A DNA stretch of 21,049 nt. It comes from Candidatus Xenobia bacterium (GTDB taxonomy: Bacteria > Vulcanimicrobiota > Xenobia > Xenobiales > QWHO01). The stretch spans positions 1-21,049 of the forward strand of contig BTUM01000115.1 in NCBI GenBank assembly GCA_045863235.1, read 5' to 3'. Positions 1 through 8,232 of the stretch are shown here, one piece after another. A program made the translations under genes and the position numbers. Positions within the stretch are counted from its first letter, which is position 1. Each line of letters starts with the position of its first letter. Under the pieces are notes generated by a model. The model was not told the DNA's origin, searched no databases, and saw only the letters and a list, made by a program, of their open reading frames with translations.

Positions 1-90
1 CCCGGGGGACAGGGCCAGCACCCGCCCGGTCCGCCCCCGCCCGGGGGCCCGGGCCGGCGTCCCCCGGGTCCGCCTCCCATCTTCGGGTAG
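1..90 (+). CDS. 3' end of an upstream CDS with a Pro/Gly-rich tail (partial)
   Basis: Frame 1 reads PGGQGQHPPGPPPPGGPGRRPPGPPPIFG* with TAG at 88-90, followed by a GC hairpin. Confidence 0.55.
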   Translation, partial: PGGQGQHPPGPPPPGGPGRRPPGPPPIFG

Positions 91-106
91 GCCGGCCTGA
101 CTGACG

Positions 107-134
107 GAGCGGCGCCCCTGAGGGGGCGCCGCTC
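107..134 (+). terminator. GC-rich stem-loop (possible terminator or mRNA-stabilising hairpin)
   Basis: Perfect 12-bp stem GAGCGGCGCCCC (107-118) / GGGGCGCCGCTC (123-134) with loop TGAG. No U-tract follows. Confidence 0.5.
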
Positions 135-166
135 TCCCCCAAGAATCATCACGCAGGAGGATTGCA

Positions 167-514
167 GTGCACGAAAACAGACTGGGGGTCCTGGAACGCT
201 TGCTGGCCATCGCCAACCTGGTCCAGCAGACCGCATACGATCCCGAGTTCCTCGAACTGGTGGACCGGGCACTGGAGATGGAGGCCGAGCAACTGGGCCA
301 GGTGCTGGACAGTCTCGACGCCTCGAGTTGGAGCATCGCGGGCGAGCTGGCCGAGCAACTGACCGAGCTCTGCTTGGTGGGCCTGGAAGCCTGCCAGCTC
401 ATGGGAGACGACCCGGGCCTGGCGGCCGGATGGCTCGAGCAAGCCAGCCGCCAACGCGACCGACTGGAAGCCTCCCTGTGGGAGGCCCGCCAGGATTGCC
501 TGATCCTGGCCTGA
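167..514 (+). CDS. hypothetical acidic all-helical protein (115 aa)
   Basis: AGGAGG RBS at 155-160, GTG start at 167, and Leu/Glu-rich amphipathic helical composition. Confidence 0.75.
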   Translation: MHENRLGVLERLLAIANLVQQTAYDPEFLELVDRALEMEAEQLGQVLDSLDASSWSIAGELAEQLTELCLVGLEACQLMGDDPGLAAGWLEQASRQRDRLEASLWEARQDCLILA

Positions 515-521
515 GGCTGGT

Positions 522-2201
522 TCAGAAGACCGGCAGGTAGGCTCGCAGCACGTCCACCTGGCGGGTGAAGTCATAGACGTCGCTGGAGGGGGAGCACTCC
601 ACCCTCAGGGTGACCAGGACCGCTCTCCCAGCCAGGCTGCGACAGCCGAGCGCCAGCAGGGCCCGACCCTCGAGCGGGCCTGTCTCTTTTTCCAGACGAA
701 CCAGGATCAGGTCGCCCTTGAGATAGCGGCGAACCGACAGCCAGCCCCGCGCTCGCTCGCGCTGCTCCAGCCCGCCGAGCACGTCCTGAAGGTCGGCCCC
801 CTGAGCGGGCTCGACGGTCAGGGTGGCGCTGCGGCGCGGCGCGTTTCTTCCGTCCCCGCCGGCCAGAACGACCTGTTGGGGACCCTGCTCGACCACCGAC
901 CAGCCGGCCGGGACCCCGAACGCAAAACCTGCCACCTGATGATCAAGCCGGGGGCGCAGAGTCGGGGGCGGGCCCCACAGAGCCGGATAGAAAGAGGGCT
1001 CGGTCATGGTTCCCGGGGCGGGGGCCCAGACCGAGCCTGCGCTCGAGCTCGGGACCGGGCCCGGCACCAGCTGCAGCTGGATCTCTCCGCCCGGGGCCTC
1101 GAAGTCGAGCACGTCGGACACCGGCTGGTAGCCATCCAGCTCGACTCGCAGGCGAGTCCCCCGGGCCACCGTCACGGTGAGCGGACTGAGCCCGCGGGGC
1201 ACGTCGTTGACCAGCACGCGCGCCCCTTGCGGGGTGGTCACCACGCGCACCTCGGCTGGCCGATGCCAGCCCAACCAGAGCAGGCTCAAGAGCGCCAGCA
1301 GAGTGAGGCCGAGCCAGACCCGGCGAGGCCAGAGTCGCCTCCGTCGCACCAGGCTTCGCGACAGCACGCGTCCGGTGGGAGGATCCTCCCACTCGGCGTG
1401 ACGCAGGCGACCGAGCACCTGGCGGGCCGAAAGGGGGCGCCGGGCCTTCTTCAGCTGCATCATCCAGTCCACCAGCTCGACGGTGCTGGGCAGGAGGTCC
1501 GGGCGAAGCCTGGCCAGTGGCTCGAGGCTTTGCCCCCCCACCGCCAGATCCACCGACTCGGGCGGCACCCGGCCGGTCAGCAGGGCATAGGCGGTGGCTC
1601 CCAGCGAGTAGAGATCGGACTGGGGATCGGTTCCGCCGGTGTACTGCTCGGGAGCCGAAAAGCCGGCCGAAACAAGCCCCCGCGCCACCGTGCGAGTTCC
1701 CTCGCCCCCCCCTGCCAGCGCCTTGGCGATGCCGAAGTCAACCAGCTTGAGCGCCCCCGACCCTGTCAGCATCAGATTGGAGGGCTTGAGATCGCGGAAG
1801 ACCACCTGGTGCCTGTGGAGATAATCCAGAGCCACCGTCAGTTGCTCCAGCCACTCCAGCACCCGGGCCTCATCCTGGGGGCCCTCCTGAGAAAGCACCT
1901 CGGACAGGTTGCGCCCGGCGATCAGCTCCATGACGAGAATCGGCTGCCCGGCCTCTTCCAGGAACTCGATCAAGCGAGGGAGAGCGGGATGCTCGAGGCG
2001 CATCAGCAGGCGGGCCTCCTGGCGGACCTGCTCGAGCAGAGCCTCGCGCCGGTCGGAGCCGGCCTCCAGCAGCAGCTCCTTGACGGCGACCGTCTGTCCG
2101 GTCTGCTGGTCGAGGGCCTGGAAGACCCGACCCATGCCCCCCTGGCCCAGGGGCTCCCCGATCAAGTAGCGGTCGGCCAGCAGGGTGTCGGGGGAGAGCA
2201 C
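522..2201 (-). CDS. membrane Ser/Thr protein kinase (Hanks type) with TM helix, PEGA domain and C-terminal PsbP/Mog1-like domain
   Basis: Kinase motifs GQGGMGRV, VAVKE, FRDLKPSN, DFGIAK, APEQ and SDLYSLG. TM VWLGLTLLALLSLLWLGW. PEGA VRVVTTPQGARVLVND...GLSPL...ELDGYQP, then FAFGVPAGW. Start re-assigned to GTG at 2201 (MLSPDTLLADRY); the longer ORF-track extension overlaps the next gene. Confidence 0.92.
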   Translation of the reverse strand: MLSPDTLLADRYLIGEPLGQGGMGRVFQALDQQTGQTVAVKELLLEAGSDRREALLEQVRQEARLLMRLEHPALPRLIEFLEEAGQPILVMELIAGRNLSEVLSQEGPQDEARVLEWLEQLTVALDYLHRHQVVFRDLKPSNLMLTGSGALKLVDFGIAKALAGGGEGTRTVARGLVSAGFSAPEQYTGGTDPQSDLYSLGATAYALLTGRVPPESVDLAVGGQSLEPLARLRPDLLPSTVELVDWMMQLKKARRPLSARQVLGRLRHAEWEDPPTGRVLSRSLVRRRRLWPRRVWLGLTLLALLSLLWLGWHRPAEVRVVTTPQGARVLVNDVPRGLSPLTVTVARGTRLRVELDGYQPVSDVLDFEAPGGEIQLQLVPGPVPSSSAGSVWAPAPGTMTEPSFYPALWGPPPTLRPRLDHQVAGFAFGVPAGWSVVEQGPQQVVLAGGDGRNAPRRSATLTVEPAQGADLQDVLGGLEQRERARGWLSVRRYLKGDLILVRLEKETGPLEGRALLALGCRSLAGRAVLVTLRVECSPSSDVYDFTRQVDVLRAYLPVF

Positions 2202-2269
2202 CCTGGAATTTTCGAGTCTGGTGCTGGGTCCCCTCTTCTGGCCCTCAGGGCCGGAAAGCGGAGGATCTG

Positions 2270-3433
2270 CTAAGGCTCGAGCACCCGGTGGTACAGCGAC
2301 AGCATCTCGGCGCTGGGAGCCAGATTCAAGAGCCGTTTCATCGACTCGACGTAGCGATGATAGTGGCGCACGGCTTCGTCTCGCTGGCCGGACTCGATCA
2401 GAGCCAGCAGGAGGCCCTGGTGGCCGGCCTCCCAGACCGGGTCCTCCTCGAGCAGGGCCCGATAGAGGCGCATCGCCTCCTCCCCCTGGTCGTGAGAGCG
2501 CAGCAGCTCGCCCAGCTCGGCCATGGCCTCCTGGTAGGTGCGCAGCAGCATCTGGCGGCGAGAGAGCACCCACTCCTCGCCGTAGCCCTCCATGAGATCC
2601 CCCCCATACCAGCGCCGGGCCTCCTCCAGAGCCCTCATTCGCTGGCCGGGGCTGGTGGACTTCTGGGCCCTCTGGCAGGCGCTCTCGAAGCTCAGCACGT
2701 CCAGGCTGAGGCGATAGATCGGGTTGAGGCTGTAACTGCCGCGCTGGCGCACGACCGGATCGGGCGCGGTGCTCTCCTCCGAGCCGCTGCGAAGGGCCCT
2801 GCGCAGGCGGGCCAGGGTGGTCTGCAGGGCCTGCCGGCCGCCGGCCTGATGGTCCGGCCAGAGGTCGGAGCAGATCTTCTCGGCCGGGACGGGCCGCTCG
2901 TGACGCCAGGCGAGATAGACCAGCAGCAGGGCCGTCTTTCTCGTTTCCCAGGCCGCCTCGGGAATGGGCCGCCCCTGGAGAGTGACCGAGAACCGCCCCA
3001 GCCCCTGAATCTGGAGGGGCACGGCTCCCTCGGCCGGCCTGGAAGCCGGGGGAGCCGGATCGGAGGCGGGCTCCTGGATGCTTGCTCCGGCGGGCCGCAG
3101 CGTTTCCACCAACAGGCAGGTGCGTGGGCCCAGCCACAGCTCCTCGCGATCTTCCAGCGACACCACCTCGTCTGCTCGCAGCAGGCGCTGGCCCAGGCTG
3201 GTGCCGTTGGTGCTCAGGTCTTGCAGGCTCAGTCGGCCGCCCCCCAGGGACAGGCGGGCGTGACGCCGGGACAGGGTGGGATCGCTGGGGTCGTCGTCAA
3301 GGCGCACGTCGGCCTCTTTGCCGCGCCCGAGGATGGCTGGAAAGTGCTCCACCAGGAAGCTCGCTCCAGCAGCGTAGCCCTGCTGCACCGTAAGCCGGGC
3401 TGACAGGCTGACTCGGGTCTGAATCTCATCCAC
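2270..3433 (-). CDS. FHA + winged-HTH + BTAD transcriptional regulator (SARP/EmbR-like)
   Basis: FHA motifs ILGRG, LSRRHA and DLSTNGT. SARP-type wHTH LGRFSV...LLVYLA...LWPD...LARLRRAL...GSYSL. BTAD LDVLSFE...YGGDLMEG...EWV...R...EDPVWEAGHQGL...LAPS. Confidence 0.9.
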   Translation of the reverse strand: MDEIQTRVSLSARLTVQQGYAAGASFLVEHFPAILGRGKEADVRLDDDPSDPTLSRRHARLSLGGGRLSLQDLSTNGTSLGQRLLRADEVVSLEDREELWLGPRTCLLVETLRPAGASIQEPASDPAPPASRPAEGAVPLQIQGLGRFSVTLQGRPIPEAAWETRKTALLLVYLAWRHERPVPAEKICSDLWPDHQAGGRQALQTTLARLRRALRSGSEESTAPDPVVRQRGSYSLNPIYRLSLDVLSFESACQRAQKSTSPGQRMRALEEARRWYGGDLMEGYGEEWVLSRRQMLLRTYQEAMAELGELLRSHDQGEEAMRLYRALLEEDPVWEAGHQGLLLALIESGQRDEAVRHYHRYVESMKRLLNLAPSAEMLSLYHRVLEP

Positions 3434-3459
3434 TGCGCAAGACTACGCCGAGCACCCGC

Positions 3460-4803
3460 TCACCCCTGGTCAGCCCGAAGGATCTCCCGGGCGGCCCGCA
3501 CCCCGCTGAGGTAGGCGCCGTGAACGGTGGCGCGGTACTTCGAGGTGGTGTGCTCGCCGGCAAAGAAGAGGCGGTCCTCGACCGATTCGGCCAGGGCCTG
3601 GTAGTCTTTCGGCTGGCTGCCTACCCGGGCGAAGGAGTAGGAGCCGAAGGTGAAGGGGTCGGCGCTCCAACGGGTGGTGAGCATCTTTCGGGGCGCGGGC
3701 ACCTTCGAGCCGAAGCCGACCCTGAGCACTTCCAGCACCCGGGCCTGGATCTCAGCGTTGCTCATTTTCTCGTGCACCATGGCGTAGTTGCCGGTGGCGA
3801 AGGTGGTCAGCACGTTGGACTGGCTGTAGGTGCGGGCGTTCACGAAGTAGGGATACATGCCCAGCTCGGGAGTGCAGAAGCCGTAAAACTGCACCTTCGG
3901 GTCCCAGAAGGGCTGCTCGAAGAGCAGGCTGACCCGGTTGACCAGCCCCATGCCCAGGCGGCCAATGGCCTGCAGCTTGGTCCGGGAAAGGGCCGGGCGG
4001 AAGGCGATGGAGCCCTTCTTGAGCACGCCCAGGGGCACGGCCACCACCACGTAATCGCAGGTGAGCACTCCCTGAGCGGTCGTGACCCGCACCTCGTCGG
4101 TCGTCAGCTCGATCTGGCTGACCTTCTGTCCGAGCTGCACTTTCAGGCCCCGGGCCAAAGAGTTGGGGATCTGATCATAGCCGCCCGGGAACATGACGTC
4201 GTCACCATAATGGGGGTCGTCGCCGTCGGCGTGGAGGGCCGAGAGTTGCTCGAGGGGGGCACCGTAGTCGAACTCGGTGTCGCTGGCCAGGTGAAAGCGC
4301 AGGACTGGATCGCTCAAAGCTCCGGGGTCGAGGCTCTGCAGAGCGGCTCGCATGGAGACATCGGGTCCCTCGCCGGCCCGCACGAGCAGACGCTCCAGAC
4401 GATCGAAGGCAGCCTCCACTCTGGCGTTCTCCAGGGCTTTGCCGGAGGGGTCGAAGACCTTGAAGTTGTCCTCGCGAGTGGCCAACGTCCGGGCACCGGC
4501 CCGGGCCGCCAGCTCGCTGACGGGGTTGCCTTCGGGGCCGTGGATCCAGCCCGCCCCCAGCTCGACGGGAAGACCCAGGGAGCGGTCCGTCCAGACCCGC
4601 CCGCCCACCCGCTGGCGACCCTCCAGCACGGTGACCTGCAGGCCCTCGTCGGTCAGCTTGCGAGCCGCGGCCAGGCCGGCCATGCCGGCCCCCACAACCA
4701 GCACCCGGGAGGCCTCCTGGGCGGAAGGTCGAGGGGCCACGGCCAGCGCCGCGGTGCCGGCCAAGAGAGCGCGCAGAAACGCACGTCGATTCATCAGGCC
4801 CAT
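3460..4803 (-). CDS. Tat-exported flavin-containing amine oxidase (MAO/polyamine oxidase family)
   Basis: Twin-arginine signal NRRAFL + hydrophobic core. FAD motifs VVGAGMAGLAAA, E..RVGGR, ELGAGWIHG, RWSADPFTFGSYS and LFFAGEHT...TVHGAYLSG. Start is ATG 4803 or 4794. Confidence 0.93.
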   Translation of the reverse strand: MGLMNRRAFLRALLAGTAALAVAPRPSAQEASRVLVVGAGMAGLAAARKLTDEGLQVTVLEGRQRVGGRVWTDRSLGLPVELGAGWIHGPEGNPVSELAARAGARTLATREDNFKVFDPSGKALENARVEAAFDRLERLLVRAGEGPDVSMRAALQSLDPGALSDPVLRFHLASDTEFDYGAPLEQLSALHADGDDPHYGDDVMFPGGYDQIPNSLARGLKVQLGQKVSQIELTTDEVRVTTAQGVLTCDYVVVAVPLGVLKKGSIAFRPALSRTKLQAIGRLGMGLVNRVSLLFEQPFWDPKVQFYGFCTPELGMYPYFVNARTYSQSNVLTTFATGNYAMVHEKMSNAEIQARVLEVLRVGFGSKVPAPRKMLTTRWSADPFTFGSYSFARVGSQPKDYQALAESVEDRLFFAGEHTTSKYRATVHGAYLSGVRAAREILRADQG

Positions 4804-4869
4804 CCTACCCCCCTCGAGCTCGGGTTGCTGGACGCTTCGGGGGCGAGCTGCCCGGCTCATTCTGATTTG

Positions 4870-4891
4870 TTTCATGGACGTCGGGTACTCT
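4870..4891 (+). promoter_or_regulatory. putative promoter motif copy 1 (TTTCA-N11-TACTCT), 6 nt before ATG
   Basis: TTTCATGG acgtcggg TACTCT cagacg ATG. Spacing is the same as the copies at 11617, 13024 and 17135. Confidence 0.45.
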
Positions 4892-4897
4892 CAGACG

Positions 4898-5482
4898 ATG
4901 AACGTCAACCGAGCCGACCTGCAGTCTTACGCCCAGCGCACCGCCGCCTACATCCGCAACCTGGCCGTCGATCCAAAGACCAGCCAGTTCACCCGAGATT
5001 GCGCCGAGCAAAGGCGACTCCCCGAGGTCGAGACCTTCCTGGGGCAGCTGGACAAGACTCCCGGGGCCGACAGCGAGGCGCTGATCCGAGCCAGCCGCGA
5101 GCGCGGCGGAACCCCGGGTCGGCAGGCACTCTGGACCACCGGCCTGGTGGTGGGAGGCCTGGTGGCGGCAGGCGCCATCGTTGCTCCCCTGCTCGGTGCC
5201 CCCCTGCTGCTCACGGCCCCGGCTGCTCTGGCGGGCGGATACCTGGCCGGACGCTCGGTCCAGGGCCTCAAGCAGACCGAGCGCGAGCTGACCTTCCAGC
5301 AGGGCGTGAAGGCTTTCTCGGAGGATGCGGCCAGCGGCAAGCCGGTCGGCTTGCTCTCCGGCTGGCGAGCCAGCGGTGGCGGGGATGCAGACTGGGACAG
5401 CAACCTGGCCAACCCGGCCAACCCGCTCTCTCCTTTGAGCCCGGCCAATCCAGCCTCGCCCCTCAACCCGATGAACCTGTGA
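4898..5482 (+). CDS. hypothetical membrane protein with Gly/Ala-rich hydrophobic hairpin and (N/S)Px-repeat C-terminal tail
   Basis: ATG at 4898. Hydrophobic stretch LWTTGLVVGGLVAAGAIVAPLLGAPLLLTAPAALAGGYLAG. Tail NLANPANPLSPLSPANPASPLNPMNL. The stop overlaps the next start (GTGA). Confidence 0.8.
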   Translation: MNVNRADLQSYAQRTAAYIRNLAVDPKTSQFTRDCAEQRRLPEVETFLGQLDKTPGADSEALIRASRERGGTPGRQALWTTGLVVGGLVAAGAIVAPLLGAPLLLTAPAALAGGYLAGRSVQGLKQTERELTFQQGVKAFSEDAASGKPVGLLSGWRASGGGDADWDSNLANPANPLSPLSPANPASPLNPMNL

Positions 5483-6675
5483 GGATCGAGCCCCTTGCCC
5501 AGCGTCCACCGCCCCGGTGGACGGCCACGGCGCCTGGCTCGGGACCGGTCGTTTCCGACCGGGTGGAGCTCGGCTCTGCTCCCGTTCCCCTCTGGCGCGA
5601 TGCGCTGGCCGGAGCCCTGGCCGCCTCCGGCTGGGCGGCCGCGTCCCTGGTCAGCCCCTGGCTGGGGGCGGGCCTGTTTGCGGGGAGCTTGCTGGCAGCC
5701 GCCCCGCGCTTGAAACAGGCCGAAGCCGGATTCACTCGACTGGGAGAGGGGCTGATCGACACCATCAAGGGGAGCATCGAAGGCTGGGCGGAGGCCTACC
5801 GCCAGACGCCCACCGAGGGCCCCGAGCGCGAGGAATACTTCCTGCGCAAGTTCCTCAAGGAGGCCGAGCGCAGCCACGGCAAGGGAAGCATCTACACGCT
5901 GGGCCAGCGGCTGCGTCTGGCCGATTTCTGCCGCCAGTCCTACCGGGCCATGGACGTGGCCGAGTGCTACGACCAGGCCGTGAAGACTCTGGAAGGAGAG
6001 CTTGCCCTGCGGGGAGGGACGGGGGAGTTGGACCGGCTGGTCCCGGCCTGCGCCAGCGGATACAGCGACGTGGCCTCGGTCTTCGAGCGGGCGGGGGAGT
6101 TCTTCTTGCTCTACGCTCAGCCCGACAAGGCGGTCGGTCTGCTGCGCCGAGCGGTGGAGCTGGCTCCCTCGGGCGAGCGTCGCATCCAGCTATTGGAGCG
6201 CCTGGCCGGCGAGGTGAGCGACCCGGAAGCGGCCCGGCTGAGGCGGGAGGCTTTCGGCGAAAGGCTGGAGAGGTCTCAGCCCACCGACCCGGAGCTGGCC
6301 GAACCGGCTCGCGCCCTGGGCCGCTCTCTGGAAAAGAGCGGCCAGGATTGCGGAAGCTGGTATGCTCTGTCGCTCTCGCTCGACTGCCGGCGGCCCGAAT
6401 CCGAGCTCTTGCGAGCAGGACACCTCAAGCAGCTGGCTGGACTGTACGCCTCGGTGGGAGAGAGCAAGGTGGCTGCGGGCCTGCGCGAGGAGGCCGAGAT
6501 CTGCCAGCTGGAGGCAGGCGCGCGGGGAGCGCCGGCCGGGCCAATGCTGCGGCGCGATCTGGAGCGACTGGTCGAGATCTACCAGCGCCGGGGCGAGGAG
6601 TCGGCCCTGGTGCGAACGCGGCACCGCCTGCAGGCGGTCCGAGACCGGTGCGAGGCCCGCCAGACCTCGAGGTAG
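5479..6675 (+). CDS. hypothetical protein: Pro-rich leader, hydrophobic hairpin, TPR-like helical repeats
   Basis: GTG at 5479 is coupled to the upstream TGA. TPR-like segments include LADFCRQSYRAMDVAECYDQAVK, AGEFFLLYAQPDKAVGLLRRAVELAP, LAGLYASVGESKVAAGL and LVEIYQRRGEESAL. Confidence 0.8.
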   Translation: MRIEPLAQRPPPRWTATAPGSGPVVSDRVELGSAPVPLWRDALAGALAASGWAAASLVSPWLGAGLFAGSLLAAAPRLKQAEAGFTRLGEGLIDTIKGSIEGWAEAYRQTPTEGPEREEYFLRKFLKEAERSHGKGSIYTLGQRLRLADFCRQSYRAMDVAECYDQAVKTLEGELALRGGTGELDRLVPACASGYSDVASVFERAGEFFLLYAQPDKAVGLLRRAVELAPSGERRIQLLERLAGEVSDPEAARLRREAFGERLERSQPTDPELAEPARALGRSLEKSGQDCGSWYALSLSLDCRRPESELLRAGHLKQLAGLYASVGESKVAAGLREEAEICQLEAGARGAPAGPMLRRDLERLVEIYQRRGEESALVRTRHRLQAVRDRCEARQTSR

Positions 6676-6686
6676 AAGCAAGCCGG

Positions 6687-7520
6687 GTGAAGATTCCCGG
6701 TTACGAGCTTCGGCGAGAGCTGGGGCGGGGGGTTTACGGGGTCGTCTGGGAGGCCCGGCACGAGAAGACGGGGCACGAATATGCCGTGAAGGTCTTCCAG
6801 CGCCCGGTGGTGGCCCGGACCGAGCTGGAGTGGCTCGACCGGGCCGACCGGCTGCCGCGGGTCGTCACCGTGCACGACGCCCGGCTCGACCACGACCCGC
6901 CCTTCCTGGTCATGCCCCGTCTGGCCGGCTCACTGGAAGAAGCCCGCTTCGCGGGTGCCTCGGCCGACCAGGTGGCCGACTGGCTGCAGCAGATTGCCGA
7001 GGGCCTGACCTCCCTGCACGAGACTCTGGGCATCTGCCACTGCGACATCAAGCCGTCCAATGTGCTGGTGGACGAGAACCTCCATCTCTACCTGGCCGAC
7101 TTCGGCAAGGCCGCCTATCTGGGCCGAGAGCTCGGGCACCTGGGCACGCCTGGCTACATGGCCCCCGAGCAGGCCCTGGAGCGCGAGCTTCCCAGCCTGG
7201 AGCAGGGCCGCGTCTGGGACATCTACGGGCTGGGGGCAACCGGCCACTTTCTCCTGACAGGCCAGCGACCCCGAGTCAGCGACGAGTTCTGTTTCTCGCT
7301 GGACTCCATGGAGCGTTCCGAAGCCCTGACTGCCTATCGTCGCGAGTTACTGGAGCGCGGCAGGCCCCTGAACCTGGACCAGGCGGACCCCGAGTTGGCC
7401 CGGTTGCTGACCGGATGTCTGGAGCTGGAGGCCCGGCTGCGTGTGCCCCACCCCGACGAGGTGCGAGACTTCCTGCTGCGCCGCAAAGGGCGAGAGCCGG
7501 GCTCCGCGACCGAGCCTTAG
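6687..7520 (+). CDS. small cytoplasmic Ser/Thr protein kinase (non-RD)
   Basis: GTG at 6687. Motifs ELGRGVYGVV, YAVKV, HCDIKPSN, ADFGKA, GTPGYMAPEQ and DIYGLG. Confidence 0.9.
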   Translation: MKIPGYELRRELGRGVYGVVWEARHEKTGHEYAVKVFQRPVVARTELEWLDRADRLPRVVTVHDARLDHDPPFLVMPRLAGSLEEARFAGASADQVADWLQQIAEGLTSLHETLGICHCDIKPSNVLVDENLHLYLADFGKAAYLGRELGHLGTPGYMAPEQALERELPSLEQGRVWDIYGLGATGHFLLTGQRPRVSDEFCFSLDSMERSEALTAYRRELLERGRPLNLDQADPELARLLTGCLELEARLRVPHPDEVRDFLLRRKGREPGSATEP

Positions 7521-7597
7521 CACAGTGATGCAAAGTCCTCGAAGAGCTCTGCTTCGCCACCACAGCCGGTTTTTGCATCAGCCTGCCAGGGTCCGGC

Positions 7598-8125
7598 TCA
7601 ATTGAGCTTGAAAGTCGCCTGAACCTTCCCATCCTTCACGACGACGCTGTCCAGCGAGGCGTTGATCAGGCGCCTGGTCACCGATTCGTTCTCGGGGCCT
7701 TTCAGGGGGGTCGACTTGAGCTTCTCGCTCACAGCCGCGGACAGGATCGGGCGCAGCTTCTCGAGCGGCCTGGGCGAGATTTCGTCCAGGCTGGCCTGTT
7801 GCAGAAAGAAGGCTCGGGCGTTGGCGTCATAGTGCAGTGCGCCGGAAATGGTCACGGCGCCTTGAAGCCTGACCGGTCCCTGCTGGTTTGAAACGTCCAT
7901 GCTGATGCCGATCCGATCCGAGCCTTCTTTGAGCTGCACCTGAGGATTCTCCAGGGTCAACTGGACTCCGGGACCGATGGACCGCTGCAGGGGGAACTTG
8001 GACTCCACCTGCTTCTGGAGCCCCTCCTGAGTGAGGGTGATGGTGAGGCCGGACGTCCTCAGGATGGAAAATGCGAGTCCTGCGGCTATCAGCAGACAGA
8101 GGAGCACCAGGAGCACCTTGCGCAT
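7598..8125 (-). CDS. DUF1439 (YceB-like) family protein with N-terminal membrane anchor
   Basis: [19 protein letters not shown] anchor; [17 protein letters not shown]...[10 protein letters not shown]...DRIGI...ISGALHYD...FFL pattern recalls DUF1439. Confidence 0.7.
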   Translation of the reverse strand: MRKVLLVLLCLLIAAGLAFSILRTSGLTITLTQEGLQKQVESKFPLQRSIGPGVQLTLENPQVQLKEGSDRIGISMDVSNQQGPVRLQGAVTISGALHYDANARAFFLQQASLDEISPRPLEKLRPILSAAVSEKLKSTPLKGPENESVTRRLINASLDSVVVKDGKVQATFKLN

Positions 8126-8232
8126 GCGTCGGAGTTCTCGGCGGAGCGCGAGGAGCCCTTCGGTTGGAACCGGCCTGGCCCTTTTCCGGCGGCTTCGGCG
8201 GGTGGATCGCGCCGAGGGCCGAACTCCGGGGG

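Noticed and set aside
2202..3137. N-terminal extension of the 871-aa kinase ORF
   Set aside because: Low-complexity Arg/Pro/Gly sequence that overlaps the FHA-BTAD gene in another frame.
3520..5478. N-terminal part of the 1051-aa plus-strand ORF
   Set aside because: It is the antisense shadow of the amine oxidase plus an off-frame overlap with 4898. The protein-like portion starts at GTG 5479.
5402..5482. Short DNA repeats as a CRISPR array or VNTR
   Set aside because: These are 9-nt codon-level repeats with synonymous variation inside a CDS, with no spacers.
5517..6686. N-terminal extension of the 667-aa kinase ORF
   Set aside because: Off-frame overlap with the TPR-like gene. Kinase motifs begin at 6687.
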